The notes: generated by a model not told the origin, from the letters alone. A stretch of DNA of 64,000 bases from Alphaproteobacteria bacterium (GCA_033345195.1 JAWPOE010000001.1:8192-72191); one strand, 5' to 3'; counted from the stretch's first letter, positions 29,108 to 39,733 are shown. Program-made: numbers and translations.

Positions 29108-30295
29108 TTATTTAATGATTTTTGATACAACACCCGCGCCAACTGTGCGACCGCCTTCACGGATAGCAAAGCGACGACCTTCGTCCATAGCAATTGGTGC
29201 AATCAACTGCACTGTGATACGGACATTGTCACCTGGCAGAACCATTTCTTTGTCTGCTGGCAATGTGATTGTACCTGTTACGTCTGTTGTGCTGAAGTAG
29301 AACTGTGGACGATAGTTAGAGAAGAATGCTGTATGACGGCCACCTTCTTCTTTCGTCAAGATATAAACTTCTGCTTCAAATTCTGTGTGTGGTGTGATAG
29401 AACCAGGTTTGCAGATAATCTGACCGCGTTCTACGTCTTCTTTCTTTGTACCACGCAACAACAGACCTACGTTATCACCGGCTTCACCCTGATCCAACAA
29501 TTTGCGGAACATTTCAACGCCTGTAACTGTTGTTTTCTGTGTTGGACGCAAACCAACGATTTCACATTCGTCACCAACTTTGATAACACCTGATTCAACA
29601 CGACCTGTTACCACTGTACCACGACCTGTGATAGAGAACACGTCTTCGATTGGCATCAAGAATGGTTTATCAACTGGACGTTCTGGCATTGGGATGTATT
29701 CGTCACATGCTTTCAACAATGCATCGATTGCTTCCTTGCCCAAACCGTCGTTTTTGTTTTCAACAGCAGAAACTGCGGAACCACGGATGATTGGAGCATT
29801 GTCACCGTCAAAGTCATTTGCAGACAACAATTCACGGATTTCCATTTCAACCAATTCCAACAATTCTGGATCGTTTGCCAAGTCACATTTGTTCAAGAAC
29901 ACAACGATACGTGGAATACCAACCTGACGTGCCAACAAGATGTGTTCGCGTGTCTGTGGCATTGGACCGTCTGTTGCAGCCACTACCAAGATAGCACCGT
30001 CCATCTGTGCAGCACCAGTAATCATGTTTTTAACATAGTCGGCGTGCCCTGGGCAGTCAACGTGTGCATAGTGACGATCTGCTGTTTCATATTCAACGTG
30101 TGCAGTGTTAATTGTAATACCACGCTGTTTTTCTTCTGGTGCGTTGTCGATTTGATCAACACCCTTCTGTGCGTCTGCACCAACACCATAGTAGTGTACA
30201 ATAGCCGCTGTCAATGTTGTTTTACCATGGTCAACGTGGCCAATTGTACCAATGTTAACGTGTGGTTTGGTTCTTACATACTTTTCTTTTGCCAT
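29108..30295 (-). CDS. tuf: Elongation factor Tu
   Basis: [28 protein letters not shown]..; 395 aa. Confidence 0.97.
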   Translation of the reverse strand: MAKEKYVRTKPHVNIGTIGHVDHGKTTLTAAIVHYYGVGADAQKGVDQIDNAPEEKQRGITINTAHVEYETADRHYAHVDCPGHADYVKNMITGAAQMDGAILVVAATDGPMPQTREHILLARQVGIPRIVVFLNKCDLANDPELLELVEMEIRELLSANDFDGDNAPIIRGSAVSAVENKNDGLGKEAIDALLKACDEYIPMPERPVDKPFLMPIEDVFSITGRGTVVTGRVESGVIKVGDECEIVGLRPTQKTTVTGVEMFRKLLDQGEAGDNVGLLLRGTKKEDVERGQIICKPGSITPHTEFEAEVYILTKEEGGRHTAFFSNYRPQFYFSTTDVTGTITLPADKEMVLPGDNVRITVQLIAPIAMDEGRRFAIREGGRTVGAGVVSKIIK

Positions 30296-30342
30296 TAGTT
30301 TTCTCCTTAGGCTTGCTTGTTAGTTTGTAAACTTCTTGTTAA

Positions 30343-32424
30343 TTATTTCGTCAGCTTCTTGATTACTTCGTCAGCGACGTTTGTTGGGACTTCGTCATAG
30401 TGTGACAATTCCATATATGGATTCGCGCGACCCTGTGACAAAGAACGCAATGTTTTCACGTACCCAAACAGATTTGCCAATGGAACATATGCAGAAATCA
30501 ACTGATTACCGAACTGTGTTTCGATACCATTAATCTGCCCACGACGACTGTTCAAGTCCCCAATGATGTCACCGACGTATTCTTCCGGCGTATTAACCGA
30601 AAGTTTCATAATCGGTTCCAGCAATTTTGGCGACGCTTTTTTCATGGCTTCACGGAAGCATGCGCGTGCCGCAATTTCAAAGCACAATACATTAGAGTCA
30701 ACTTCGTGATACTTACCATCTACTAATGTAGCCTTGAAATCTACTGTTGGATAGCCAATCAGAACACCTGTCTGTTGTGCTATCTTCAAACCCTTTTCAA
30801 CACCTGGGATGTATTCTTTTGGAATCGCACCACCAACAATCTTGTTTTCAAATTCGTAACCCTGACCTGGTTCCAAAGGTTCGAATTCAATCTTGACCTG
30901 AGCGTACTGACCAGAACCACCAGACTGTTTCTTGTGTGTGTATTCTTCGGTGATTGGTTTACGGAATGTTTCGCGATATGCAATACGTGGTTCACCAACG
31001 TTTACATCAACCTTAAATTCACGAAGCAGTCGATCAACCAAAATTTCCAAGTGCAATTCACCAACACCAGACAGAATTGTTTGACCAGATTCTTCGTCAA
31101 CAGATACGCGGAAAGAAGGATCTTCTTTTGCCAACGCCTGCAGACCCAAAGACATCTTTTCAATGTCAGCCTTGGTTTTTGGTTCAACTGCGATGCTCAT
31201 AACTGGCTCTGGCACATGAATAGATTCCAACAAGATTGGATTAGATTCATCACACAATGTATCACCAGTAATTGTTTCTTTCATACCAACCAATGTGATA
31301 ATGTCACCAGCCGACGCTTCTTTGATTTCTTCACGGTTATTTGAATGCATCAACAACATACGACCAACACGTTCACGTTTATCACGGTTAGAATTATAGA
31401 TATAAGAACCGGAGACCAATTTACCTGAATAAATACGGATAAACATCAAGTTTCCAACGAATGGGTCATTTGCAACCTTAAATGCCAATGCGCTGAATGG
31501 TTCCTTGGCATCTGGTTTACGTTCATCGGCTGTTTCACCGTCCATCTTGGTACCCTGAATCGCAGGAATATCCAATGGACTTGGCAAATAATCAACAATC
31601 GCATCCAACAACGGCTGAACACCCTTGTTCTTAAATGCAGTACCACACAAAACTGGGTTAAAATTCTGACCGATTGTGCCCTTGCGGATTAATTTTTTAA
31701 TAGTCGCAGTATCTGGAACATTTCCTTCCATATACGCTTCCATAATTTCGTCATCCAAGGTCACTACTTCTTCAATCAATTTTTCATGCAATTCTTGGGC
31801 TTTTGCTTTCAGTTCTTCTGGGATTTCGATAACATGCGGTTCTTTACCCATATCATCTTCCCAGACAATGCCCTTCATTTCAATAACGTCAACAACGCCA
31901 CGGAAATCAGATTCTGCACCAATTGGGAAATTCAAGACCAATGGATTTGCCCCCAAGCGTTCACGAATCATATCAACACAACGGAAGAAATTACCACCAA
32001 TACGGTCCATTTTATTAACAAAACAAATACGTGGAACCGCATAACGGTCTGCCTGACGCCATACTGTTTCTGTCTGTGGTTGCACACCAGATACAGATTC
32101 AAAAACCGCAACTGCACCGTCCAACACGCGCAATGAACGTTCTACTTCCATTGTAAAGTCCACGTGCCCCGGCGTATCAATCAAGTTGATACGATGGTCA
32201 CGCCAGAAGCATGTTGTTGCCGCAGATGTAATTGTAATACCACGTTCTTGTTCCTGTGCCATCCAGTCCATGGTTGCGCCACCATCGTGCACTTCACCAA
32301 TCTTGTATGTCTTACCTGTATAGAACAAGATACGTTCTGATGTTGTTGTCTTACCCGCGTCAATATGGGCCATAATGCCAATATTGCGGTACATATGTAA
32401 AGGTGCGGTTTTTCCGACTGACAT
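30343..32424 (-). CDS. fusA: Elongation factor G
   Basis: [20 protein letters not shown]..; 693 aa. Confidence 0.97.
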   Translation of the reverse strand: MSVGKTAPLHMYRNIGIMAHIDAGKTTTSERILFYTGKTYKIGEVHDGGATMDWMAQEQERGITITSAATTCFWRDHRINLIDTPGHVDFTMEVERSLRVLDGAVAVFESVSGVQPQTETVWRQADRYAVPRICFVNKMDRIGGNFFRCVDMIRERLGANPLVLNFPIGAESDFRGVVDVIEMKGIVWEDDMGKEPHVIEIPEELKAKAQELHEKLIEEVVTLDDEIMEAYMEGNVPDTATIKKLIRKGTIGQNFNPVLCGTAFKNKGVQPLLDAIVDYLPSPLDIPAIQGTKMDGETADERKPDAKEPFSALAFKVANDPFVGNLMFIRIYSGKLVSGSYIYNSNRDKRERVGRMLLMHSNNREEIKEASAGDIITLVGMKETITGDTLCDESNPILLESIHVPEPVMSIAVEPKTKADIEKMSLGLQALAKEDPSFRVSVDEESGQTILSGVGELHLEILVDRLLREFKVDVNVGEPRIAYRETFRKPITEEYTHKKQSGGSGQYAQVKIEFEPLEPGQGYEFENKIVGGAIPKEYIPGVEKGLKIAQQTGVLIGYPTVDFKATLVDGKYHEVDSNVLCFEIAARACFREAMKKASPKLLEPIMKLSVNTPEEYVGDIIGDLNSRRGQINGIETQFGNQLISAYVPLANLFGYVKTLRSLSQGRANPYMELSHYDEVPTNVADEVIKKLTK

Positions 32425-32454
32425 AGTGTCTTTCCTTTGCTTTTTATATTTATC

Positions 32455-32928
32455 TTACCAACGGAAGTGAGCAAACGCCTTATTTGCTTCTGCCATTCTG
32501 TGTGTATCCAACTTTTTCTTAAATGCGCCACCTTGACCATTCAATGCATCACGCATTTCGCCAAACAATCTATCCATCATTGTACGTTCGCCACGTTTGC
32601 GCGCAAACATAACCAACCAACGAATTGCCATTGTCTGCTGACGCGCAGGACGAACATCACATGGAACCTGATATGTTGCACCACCAACACGACGACCTTT
32701 TACTTCGACAGATGGTTTTAACGCTTCAATCGCTTCTAATGTAGCAGTTAATTCATCACCATCTTTGGCAACCGCTTTCAGCTTGTCCATTGCGCCATAT
32801 ACGATGTTTTCAGCAACTTCCTTTTTGCCGTCCCACATAACATTATTAATCAATTTTGCAACAACCAGATTGTTATACTTTGAATCTGGCAAGATTTCAC
32901 GTTTTGTTGCAGCCTTACGTCTTGACAT
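32455..32928 (-). CDS. rpsG: 30S ribosomal protein S7
   Basis: [18 protein letters not shown].. is a conserved S7 start. Confidence 0.95.
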   Translation of the reverse strand: MSRRKAATKREILPDSKYNNLVVAKLINNVMWDGKKEVAENIVYGAMDKLKAVAKDGDELTATLEAIEALKPSVEVKGRRVGGATYQVPCDVRPARQQTMAIRWLVMFARKRGERTMMDRLFGEMRDALNGQGGAFKKKLDTHRMAEANKAFAHFRW

Positions 32929-33007
32929 TTATTTTTTCCTTTATTTTCTTCACCTGTTTATAAACAGATTACTCACGCACATTACATGCGTGTATTTACT
33001 TAGTTAA

Positions 33008-33379
33008 TTATTTCTTTGTTTTGGCACCATACAAAGAACGCCCCTGTTTACGTGCATCAACACCCTTGGTATCCAAGACACCACGAATGATATGATATTT
33101 AACACCAGGCAAGTCCTTTACACGACCACCACGAATCATAACAACACTATGTTCCTGCAAGTTGTGACCTTCGCCTGGAATATATGCTGTAACTTCGCGG
33201 CCGTTTGCCAGTTTTACACGGGCAACCTTACGCTGCGCCGAGTTAGGTTTTTTCGGTGTTGTCGTATAAACACGTGTGCAAACACCACGTTTCTGTGGGT
33301 TTTCCATCATGTCAGGCGCAGTACTTTTTACCGCGACTTTCTTACGAGGTTTCCGAATCAGTTGGTTTACTGTTGGCAT
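33008..33379 (-). CDS. rpsL: 30S ribosomal protein S12
   Basis: [25 protein letters not shown].. matches S12. Confidence 0.97.
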   Translation of the reverse strand: MPTVNQLIRKPRKKVAVKSTAPDMMENPQKRGVCTRVYTTTPKKPNSAQRKVARVKLANGREVTAYIPGEGHNLQEHSVVMIRGGRVKDLPGVKYHIIRGVLDTKGVDARKQGRSLYGAKTKK

Positions 33380-33531
33380 TCAAAATCTCTTTGTTTTTTT
33401 CTACCTGTTTTACCCTGCACAAAACCCGCCTATCAGACTTATTTCAACGACTTATGCCGGATTATAAATCTGTAAAACGTAAGCGGCTTTTGTATATTTA
33501 TGCTCTCCTTGTTTACACAGAAAGCGAACAT

Positions 33532-33560
33532 ACTATAACCACCGCCCCCGTCATTGTCAA
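33532..33560 (-). promoter_or_regulatory. Candidate sigma70 promoter of the str operon
   Basis: On the minus strand, TTGACA-17 nt-TATAGT about 150 nt upstream of rpsL. Confidence 0.5.
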
Positions 33561-33651
33561 GAAAAATATGGGAAAAAATCATAAGATTTTCGCTTGAAAC
33601 ACGCGAAAAATTAGGAATTTAGAACAATTAAAAAAAATGACAAAAACATAA

Positions 33652-34380
33652 TCAGTCCACCGTATGATAAACCACCCCATCATAATTTACATTAATCGCA
33701 TTGGTCGCCTGCCCCGCCTCTAAATTCGCATAACAAATATTATCATTATATTTCACACACAGCGACGGCTGAGTACTTTTTTCTGCCCACAGCGGTATCG
33801 ACACCCCCGTTCCCGTCCGAAGGGTCGTTATTCCCGCCGCACACGGTGCAATCAACACACCACCAATCAAACAAAAATCACCTGATGTATCTTCATCACA
33901 ATGCGCAACATCCGCAACATCAACAAACCCCTCACCACAGTCTATTTCATACGGCACCGTATAAAACCCATCGGGACATACATCAACAGCCGCAACAGTT
34001 ACATTGGACAAAGAACGAGTAATAGCCCAAGGCAGATATCTACTACAAGCCTCATATAGATTCGATGTCGGCAGCAAGCTATATCCTGCTATAATTGTCA
34101 TCTGAAAAGGACTTGTCATATAACAATAAAGAAACTGTTCATCCCCATTAGTAATTATCTCAGCGGATGTGCCAGAATAATAATGCTTAAATTCACCATC
34201 ATAGGTCGTTTTATATATAAAACTCCACGAATCTTTGGTATAGTCACCAGGAACAGAATCAATATTGCGACCCAAAAACTCTGGCAATCGGGCGCATTTT
34301 GTAACCTGGTCTGCCGACACACATTTGGCAAAACACGAAAATGGAAACAAAACCAATAAAAATACAAAGACTCTCCGCAT
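33652..34380 (-). CDS. Small secreted Cys-rich protein, fused two-module form (242 aa)
   Basis: Has a signal peptide. The N-terminal module (YCYMTSPFQM) resembles the 58588 protein (TCFMLHPFVM). The C-terminal module CPDGF..CAAGITTLRTGTGVSIPLW..NVNYDGVVYHTVD resembles the 58197 protein. Confidence 0.7.
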   Translation of the reverse strand: MRRVFVFLLVLFPFSCFAKCVSADQVTKCARLPEFLGRNIDSVPGDYTKDSWSFIYKTTYDGEFKHYYSGTSAEIITNGDEQFLYCYMTSPFQMTIIAGYSLLPTSNLYEACSRYLPWAITRSLSNVTVAAVDVCPDGFYTVPYEIDCGEGFVDVADVAHCDEDTSGDFCLIGGVLIAPCAAGITTLRTGTGVSIPLWAEKSTQPSLCVKYNDNICYANLEAGQATNAINVNYDGVVYHTVD

Positions 34381-34604
34381 TTCCCGAATTCCAAAACAAA
34401 AACCATCATTGGGAAATGATGGTCGGGGGTTCGAAAAGTCAAGTGTTTAAGACCCCGTTGCCTTCAATATATAACAACGGCACCCCGACACAATGTGGGG
34501 TAAAAATAACGGCGCAAAAGACACCGAATTTATCGGATTACGATGCAATTGCACCGAAACACATGGGCTTTTCGAAGGCCCGAACTCATATCCCTATGAA
34601 TTCA
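34381..34604 (-). promoter_or_regulatory. Candidate cis-regulatory structured 5' leader RNA, copy A
   Basis: 34421-34615 is about 85% identical by eye to 59035-59232. It runs from the predicted TSS to the RBS and contains conserved helices plus a terminal attenuator hairpin. Confidence 0.6.
34391..34422 (-). terminator. Leader (attenuator) intrinsic terminator, copy A
   Basis: On the minus strand, CCAUCAUU-UCCC-AAUGAUGG followed by UUUUUGUUUUGG, ending 10 nt before the ATG. Confidence 0.6.
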
Positions 34605-34610
34605 AAATGA

Positions 34611-34639
34611 ACTATACACCACCACACAAATAAATTCAA
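34611..34639 (-). promoter_or_regulatory. Candidate sigma70 promoter of leader A
   Basis: On the minus strand, TTGAAT-17 nt-TATAGT. Conservation with copy B begins just downstream. Confidence 0.5.
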
Positions 34640-34667
34640 TCACTTTTATTTATCTAAACAACACATC

Positions 34668-35417
34668 TTAAAAATCAACCCCGAACACAACCCCCATCTC
34701 GGCCGGCGAGCGCTCGAACCCGTGCACCAAATCTTTTTGCACATACCAACCTATATATTTGGTCGCATCCAAATTATAATTCGCCCCAATTTTTAACCGC
34801 AACTGTTCCCCATCATAGTATTCGTCAAAAAGATCAAAATCAAACATCAATTCACCAACCCAGTTCCAGTTATCGTTCACAATATACTGCCCCTGAATTC
34901 CAACTGTCATCGCCCAGGCGTCCGCATTTTTATAATCAACATCATCATTCAGATAATCCACCTCTACCACGCCAGCGACCGTCCAATCATCTGTCACGCG
35001 CCCAAACTGTGTTCCGACAGTCCAATTATATGCAATTGTTTCCAAATGCTGACGCGTATCATAAACCTGCATCGCGCGTCCATAGATATCCGCCTGATAT
35101 TCGCCATCATTTACAACAGACCAATCCAGCCCCACCTGCAAATGATTCCACGACCACTTTCCAAATTCTGGATTATCTGACGAATCATACGAACCAGCCG
35201 TCTGCAACATAACTGTAAAGTTATCCGTTATACCGTACCCAAATTCATCCGCCATAACAAATCGGTCAAATTCAGAATTCGCCTCTAACGGCGTAAACAC
35301 ATTATAAAAACGCCCCTGGGCTGGACTATATAATGGATTACCATTAATTACATTTGCTGCATTTGCCCCAGTTGCCACAAAAATTAAAGCCCCAGGAATA
35401 ATAAAAATACGTTTCAT
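34668..35417 (-). CDS. Outer-membrane beta-barrel protein
   Basis: Signal peptide ending GANA, alternating aromatic beta-strands, and a C-terminal ..VVFGVDF (terminal Phe). Confidence 0.7.
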   Translation of the reverse strand: MKRIFIIPGALIFVATGANAANVINGNPLYSPAQGRFYNVFTPLEANSEFDRFVMADEFGYGITDNFTVMLQTAGSYDSSDNPEFGKWSWNHLQVGLDWSVVNDGEYQADIYGRAMQVYDTRQHLETIAYNWTVGTQFGRVTDDWTVAGVVEVDYLNDDVDYKNADAWAMTVGIQGQYIVNDNWNWVGELMFDFDLFDEYYDGEQLRLKIGANYNLDATKYIGWYVQKDLVHGFERSPAEMGVVFGVDF

Positions 35418-35526
35418 AAATGCTCTCCTTTCATATCAAGAATTATAAAAAAGAAAAAACGAACTATAAACAGGAACGAATTCAAAAAAATGACACAACT
35501 TGACATTATTTTGTTTTTGTCTTATC

Positions 35527-35856
35527 ATGCCCAGAAATGGAACTATATCACGGAACAACCGTTCAAAATCTGAAACAAATTGCAAAACATTGTGCACAAA
35601 GGATAAAAACATATCGCCAAAGATAGAAACATTGTACGAATATAACCGCACTTGCAATTATTGCGGAAAATTTTGCACCATTGGTGTTACCAACCCCAAA
35701 AACACGGTTATATATTTACCTGTTATAAATAACAAAATCATTTATGACTATGCCACACCAGGTAATTTTATTGATACAATTTGCTTTTCTCCCAGCGTGG
35801 CACTATTTGAAGCATTCAAAATAACTATACTATGCCACAACAATAAAACCCGATAA
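35527..35856 (+). CDS. Doubtful hypothetical ORF (contains CNYCGKFC)
   Basis: The track start is a TTG that coincides with a TTGACA box. The only in-frame ATG overlaps the predicted -10. See the finding for this region. Confidence 0.2.
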   Translation: MPRNGTISRNNRSKSETNCKTLCTKDKNISPKIETLYEYNRTCNYCGKFCTIGVTNPKNTVIYLPVINNKIIYDYATPGNFIDTICFSPSVALFEAFKITILCHNNKTR

Positions 35857-35881
35857 AAAACACCCCCGATTTTCGGGGGTG
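35854..35881 (-). terminator. Intrinsic terminator of the OMP gene 35905..36495
   Basis: On the minus strand, cacccccg-aaaat-cgggggtg followed by tttttt. Confidence 0.65.
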
Positions 35882-35904
35882 AATATTAACAGTTATACAT
35901 TTGA

Positions 35905-36495
35905 TTAAAAGTTATACAGGAATCCGATTTGGAAATCACCTGTATTTGCAACATCGCCAGAATCAGCAACGGCACCAAAAGACCACCCTTCATCTACGCC
36001 CAACGCATCATTCTTAAAGTTATACCCAGCCGATACACCCAAGAAGTTCAAATTCGCATACAGCGTAAACGATTCTGAAATATCATATGTAATCATTGGA
36101 ATCACAGATGCACTAAGTGTTGTTAATGTTTCACCATCAATATCATCGTTAACATCAGATGTCAATGTTGCAAAATCAACACCCGCAGAACCCTTTAACA
36201 ACAGTTTAACACCACCAAATTCTGCCACTTTGTATCGTGCGAATGCACCAATTCCATATTCATAAGCCTTGTCATCACCGCCCAAGAATTTGTGGTCATA
36301 ACCAAAATTAGCCATAACACCCAAATCCCAATCAGAATTATATTTCCAACCAAATTCTGGCGACACAGCAAACAGCGTCGTATGCTCATTATCTGTTGAC
36401 AACGCTGCTGCACCACCAACAAAATATTTGGTTTCTGCATTCGCAGCCGACATTGCAAACACCGCCAATAAAGAAGTTAATGCTAATTTTTTCAT
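35905..36495 (-). CDS. Small outer-membrane beta-barrel protein (8-strand OmpA/OmpW-like)
   Basis: Signal peptide ending SAANA; C-terminal ..IGFLYNF. Confidence 0.7.
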   Translation of the reverse strand: MKKLALTSLLAVFAMSAANAETKYFVGGAAALSTDNEHTTLFAVSPEFGWKYNSDWDLGVMANFGYDHKFLGGDDKAYEYGIGAFARYKVAEFGGVKLLLKGSAGVDFATLTSDVNDDIDGETLTTLSASVIPMITYDISESFTLYANLNFLGVSAGYNFKNDALGVDEGWSFGAVADSGDVANTGDFQIGFLYNF

Positions 36496-36663
36496 AACGT
36501 CTCCTTTCTTTTTTCGTTATTCATGACTAGATTTATGTCTAGTTAATATAATTTTATCAGGTATAAAATCCCAGTCGCAAGACCAAAGATTTTTGCAGAC
36601 AAAGCCGAATTATGATATAATCATGCGCATGTCGAATCGGATTTTTATCCCAGTATAAATTTG

Positions 36664-36687
36664 AAACGCCCACAGGATTGGGCGTTT
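36664..36687 (-). terminator. Possible terminator downstream of mltG
   Basis: 9-bp stem aaacgccca/tgggcgttt. The U-tract on the minus strand is weak. Confidence 0.35.
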
Positions 36688-36866
36688 ATCTATTTTGTTA
36701 TAATTTGTTATGTTTTTTAATAATTACCAAAAACAACCAAGTGACGATTTTTCATAAAAAAAATAAAAATATTTTTTTACAAACCACGCACCAGACATTT
36801 TTTGATAAAAAAAACAATCCTGGCAACAAAAAAATAAATCAGAATGATCTACACACAGATGAATTA

Positions 36867-37880
36867 TTATAATTTATTTTTTTTAATCTCTCTCCACTGG
36901 GCATGATTTTTTTGATGCGTTTCATAGTCACGCGAAAACCGATGTCCACCCTGACCGTCTGCAACAAAAAACAAGAAACTGGTATCTGCTGGTTTCAAGA
37001 CTGCTGCAATCGCCCCCTGCCCCACATTTGCGATTGGCGCCGGCGGCAATCCCTTGTTTCTATATGTGTTATACGGACTATCTATTTTCAAATGACCGCG
37101 CAATAATGGCTGTCCCTGCATATCGCCCAATTTATCTGTCAGCACATAAACAACCGTCGGATCTGCCTGCAATCGCATTCCCTTGTTCAGTCGATTTAAA
37201 TATACGCTTGCCACGATTGGCATTTCTTTCATCTTGGGTGTTTCCTTTTGAACAATTGATGCCAATGTAATCACATCATTCCAATCTTTTAGCGGTTTTG
37301 GCAAACGACGCACACTACGTTTCAAAGAATCCTCTACTGCGACCATTTTTTTACGCGCCAGTTCCAACACCGCCAATCGTTTCGTCCCCTTTGCCACACG
37401 ATATGTATCAGGGAAAATTTGTCCATCTTTTAAATCACACACAGGCGCGATATTTCCCAATTCACATTCTACTGCGCCCGCCAATTCAGATGACTGTAGC
37501 AACAAATTTTTTATCTGCTTTATCGTCAATCCTTCGGGAATCACAATATTCACAGACGCGACATCACCCGACGACAACATTTTCGCCACACGCCACACAC
37601 TGACCGATTCTGGGATATCATATTGTCCACTTTGAATTTTTCCACCATGCATTCGTACTGCAAATTTAAATAAATATGCCGAATCGATAATATTATCTTT
37701 TTCCAGGCGTGCCGCAACACCGGTCACCGTATCACCACGCGACACGTTAAACACCATAGATTTATGCACAGGTGAATAAACCCCCAACAGATACACCAGC
37801 GCACACATCACAACAATCACCGGCATAGCACATATTTGAAACAATCTATGATTTGAAAAAAATCTTTTACGTCTGACCAT
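36867..37880 (-). CDS. mltG: Endolytic murein transglycosylase MltG (YceG family)
   Basis: N-terminal TM segment and YceG-like motifs (..ASIVQKE..LQADPTV.Y..SPYNTY...GLPPAPIANVG). Located downstream of fabF. Confidence 0.85.
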   Translation of the reverse strand: MVRRKRFFSNHRLFQICAMPVIVVMCALVYLLGVYSPVHKSMVFNVSRGDTVTGVAARLEKDNIIDSAYLFKFAVRMHGGKIQSGQYDIPESVSVWRVAKMLSSGDVASVNIVIPEGLTIKQIKNLLLQSSELAGAVECELGNIAPVCDLKDGQIFPDTYRVAKGTKRLAVLELARKKMVAVEDSLKRSVRRLPKPLKDWNDVITLASIVQKETPKMKEMPIVASVYLNRLNKGMRLQADPTVVYVLTDKLGDMQGQPLLRGHLKIDSPYNTYRNKGLPPAPIANVGQGAIAAVLKPADTSFLFFVADGQGGHRFSRDYETHQKNHAQWREIKKNKL

Positions 37881-37932
37881 AAAATGAATTATTGCAGATA
37901 AAAATCCATTTGCAAATATATCACATAAAAAA

Positions 37933-37974
37933 ATCGGGCATCGTCGTGTAGAAACGCTACATAAATTGCCCGAT
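37933..37974 (-). terminator. Two-tier hairpin element, copy 3; terminator after fabF
   Basis: Outer stem atcgggca/tgcccgat, core gtgtagaaacgctacataa. On the minus strand it is followed by tttttttat. Confidence 0.6.
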
Positions 37975-37994
37975 TTATTTTTAGATGAATTGTT

Positions 37995-39245
37995 TTATTT
38001 AATTTTTTTCAGAACAACCGATGCGTTTGTCCCCCCAAAACCAAACGAATTACTTAATGCAACATTAACATCGCGCTTTTGTGCAACATTTGGTACCAGG
38101 TTGAAATCACCAACCGCATCTTCTGGTTCTTCCAAATTAATTGTTGGTGGAACGATACCATCACGAATTGCACAAATACAGAATATCGCCTCTACCGCGC
38201 CGGCGGCACCCAACAAGTGTCCAGTGACTGATTTTGTTGATGACATACATGCATTGCCGTCTGCAAATAATTCTTTGACCGCCGCCAATTCACCAACGTC
38301 ACCCAAACCAGTTGATGTACCATGCGCATTGATATAATCAACATCTGATGGCGACAGACCTGCATCATTTAACGCAGAAATCATCGCACGTTTTCCACCT
38401 TCACCATTTGGTGCCGGCGCAGTAATGTGATACGCATCACCCGACATACCAAAACCTGCAACCTCTGCATAAATTTTTGCACCACGTGCAACGGCATGTT
38501 CATATTCTTCTAATACCAAGATACCTGCACCTTCGGCCATAATAAATCCATCACGATTTTTATCCCATGGGCGCGATGCGCATTCCGGTTCATCATTACG
38601 CGTACTTAATGCACGCATTGCCGAGAATCCTGCCAAACCAATACGACCAACCGCACCTTCGGCACCACCACAAATCATAATATCTGCATCACCATATTTA
38701 ATCATACGTGCAGCCTCGCCAATCGAATGGGCGCCGGTGGCACATGCCGTCACAGTTGAAATATTTGGTCCTTTTAATCCGTATTTAATTGATACATTAC
38801 CTGCAACCATATTAATAATACCCTTTGGAATAAAGAAAGGGCTAACACGGCGCGGACCACCATCATGCAATTCAATACAATTATCATATATTGTATTTAA
38901 TCCACCAATACCACTGCCAATCGAAACACCAACACGCGTCATATCACCCGCATAATTTTCCAGACCTGCATCTTTCATTGCTTCATCTGTTGCGACCAAG
39001 CCATACAACGTAAATCTGTCCAGTTTACGCTGTTCACGTGGTTCAACAACAGTATCTGGATTATATTGACCAGGTTCTGTACCCTGTTGTGGCAATCCGG
39101 CGATTTGCGACGCCAAATCAGACACATCAAATTCTGTAATTTTACGAACACCAGATTTACCGGCGACAACATTTTTCCATGCATATTCCACACCAGTTCC
39201 CACAGGCGAAACAATACCCATACCGGTAACAACAACTCTTCTCAT
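37995..39245 (-). CDS. fabF: 3-oxoacyl-ACP synthase II
   Basis: 416 aa; MRRVVVTGMGIVSPVG.. and an active-site-like ..TACATG.. motif. Confidence 0.95.
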   Translation of the reverse strand: MRRVVVTGMGIVSPVGTGVEYAWKNVVAGKSGVRKITEFDVSDLASQIAGLPQQGTEPGQYNPDTVVEPREQRKLDRFTLYGLVATDEAMKDAGLENYAGDMTRVGVSIGSGIGGLNTIYDNCIELHDGGPRRVSPFFIPKGIINMVAGNVSIKYGLKGPNISTVTACATGAHSIGEAARMIKYGDADIMICGGAEGAVGRIGLAGFSAMRALSTRNDEPECASRPWDKNRDGFIMAEGAGILVLEEYEHAVARGAKIYAEVAGFGMSGDAYHITAPAPNGEGGKRAMISALNDAGLSPSDVDYINAHGTSTGLGDVGELAAVKELFADGNACMSSTKSVTGHLLGAAGAVEAIFCICAIRDGIVPPTINLEEPEDAVGDFNLVPNVAQKRDVNVALSNSFGFGGTNASVVLKKIK

Positions 39246-39369
39246 ATTTTGTATTCCTTTTTAAGTCCAACTAACATACGTGCATATAATACCTGTTTTA
39301 TTTATTAAAATACAGTAAAAAAATCCGCCGGGAAAAATCCCAGCGGAAAAAATTCATACAAACACCAAA

Positions 39370-39606
39370 TTATTTTTTCTTGTGTTCATCAATATATTTA
39401 ACTGCATCACCAACTTTTTCTAATTTTGCAGCTGCATCATCTGGAATTGTGATGTCGAATTCTTTTTCAACTTCCATAACGAATTCTACAACGTCCAAGC
39501 TGTCTGCGCCCAGGTCGTTAACGAATGCTGCTGATTCTGTGACTTTTTCTTCTGGCACACCCAATTTTTCAGCTACGATTTTTTTTACTTTTTCAAAAGT
39601 TGTCAT
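39370..39606 (-). CDS. acpP: Acyl carrier protein
   Basis: The start was set at [16 protein letters not shown] with RBS AAAGGAAAAG. Contains the DLGADSLD phosphopantetheine site. Confidence 0.95.
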   Translation of the reverse strand: MTTFEKVKKIVAEKLGVPEEKVTESAAFVNDLGADSLDVVEFVMEVEKEFDITIPDDAAAKLEKVGDAVKYIDEHKKK

Positions 39607-39733
39607 TTCTTTTCCTTTGTTTTTGTTAAATTGTTTGGTCCATACCATGACCGTCATTATTCAATAAACTATCATTTTATAACCCCAGTGTCAAGAAATT
39701 ATAACAAACAATAACAAAGTTGACAAAACCGCT

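Noticed and set aside
34421-34440. The string ggttcgaa, which looks like a tRNA T-loop, inside leader copy A.
   Set aside because: It is not conserved in copy B (gtgttagaa), no cloverleaf can be drawn around it, and it lies on the non-transcribed strand relative to the leader.
34505-34560. Plus-strand strings reminiscent of known riboswitch cores (ggcgcaaaag like GEMM, gcaccgaaa like glycine).
   Set aside because: They are on the strand opposite to the promoter, terminator and gene orientation. Only short fragments match, and the rest of those consensus structures is absent.
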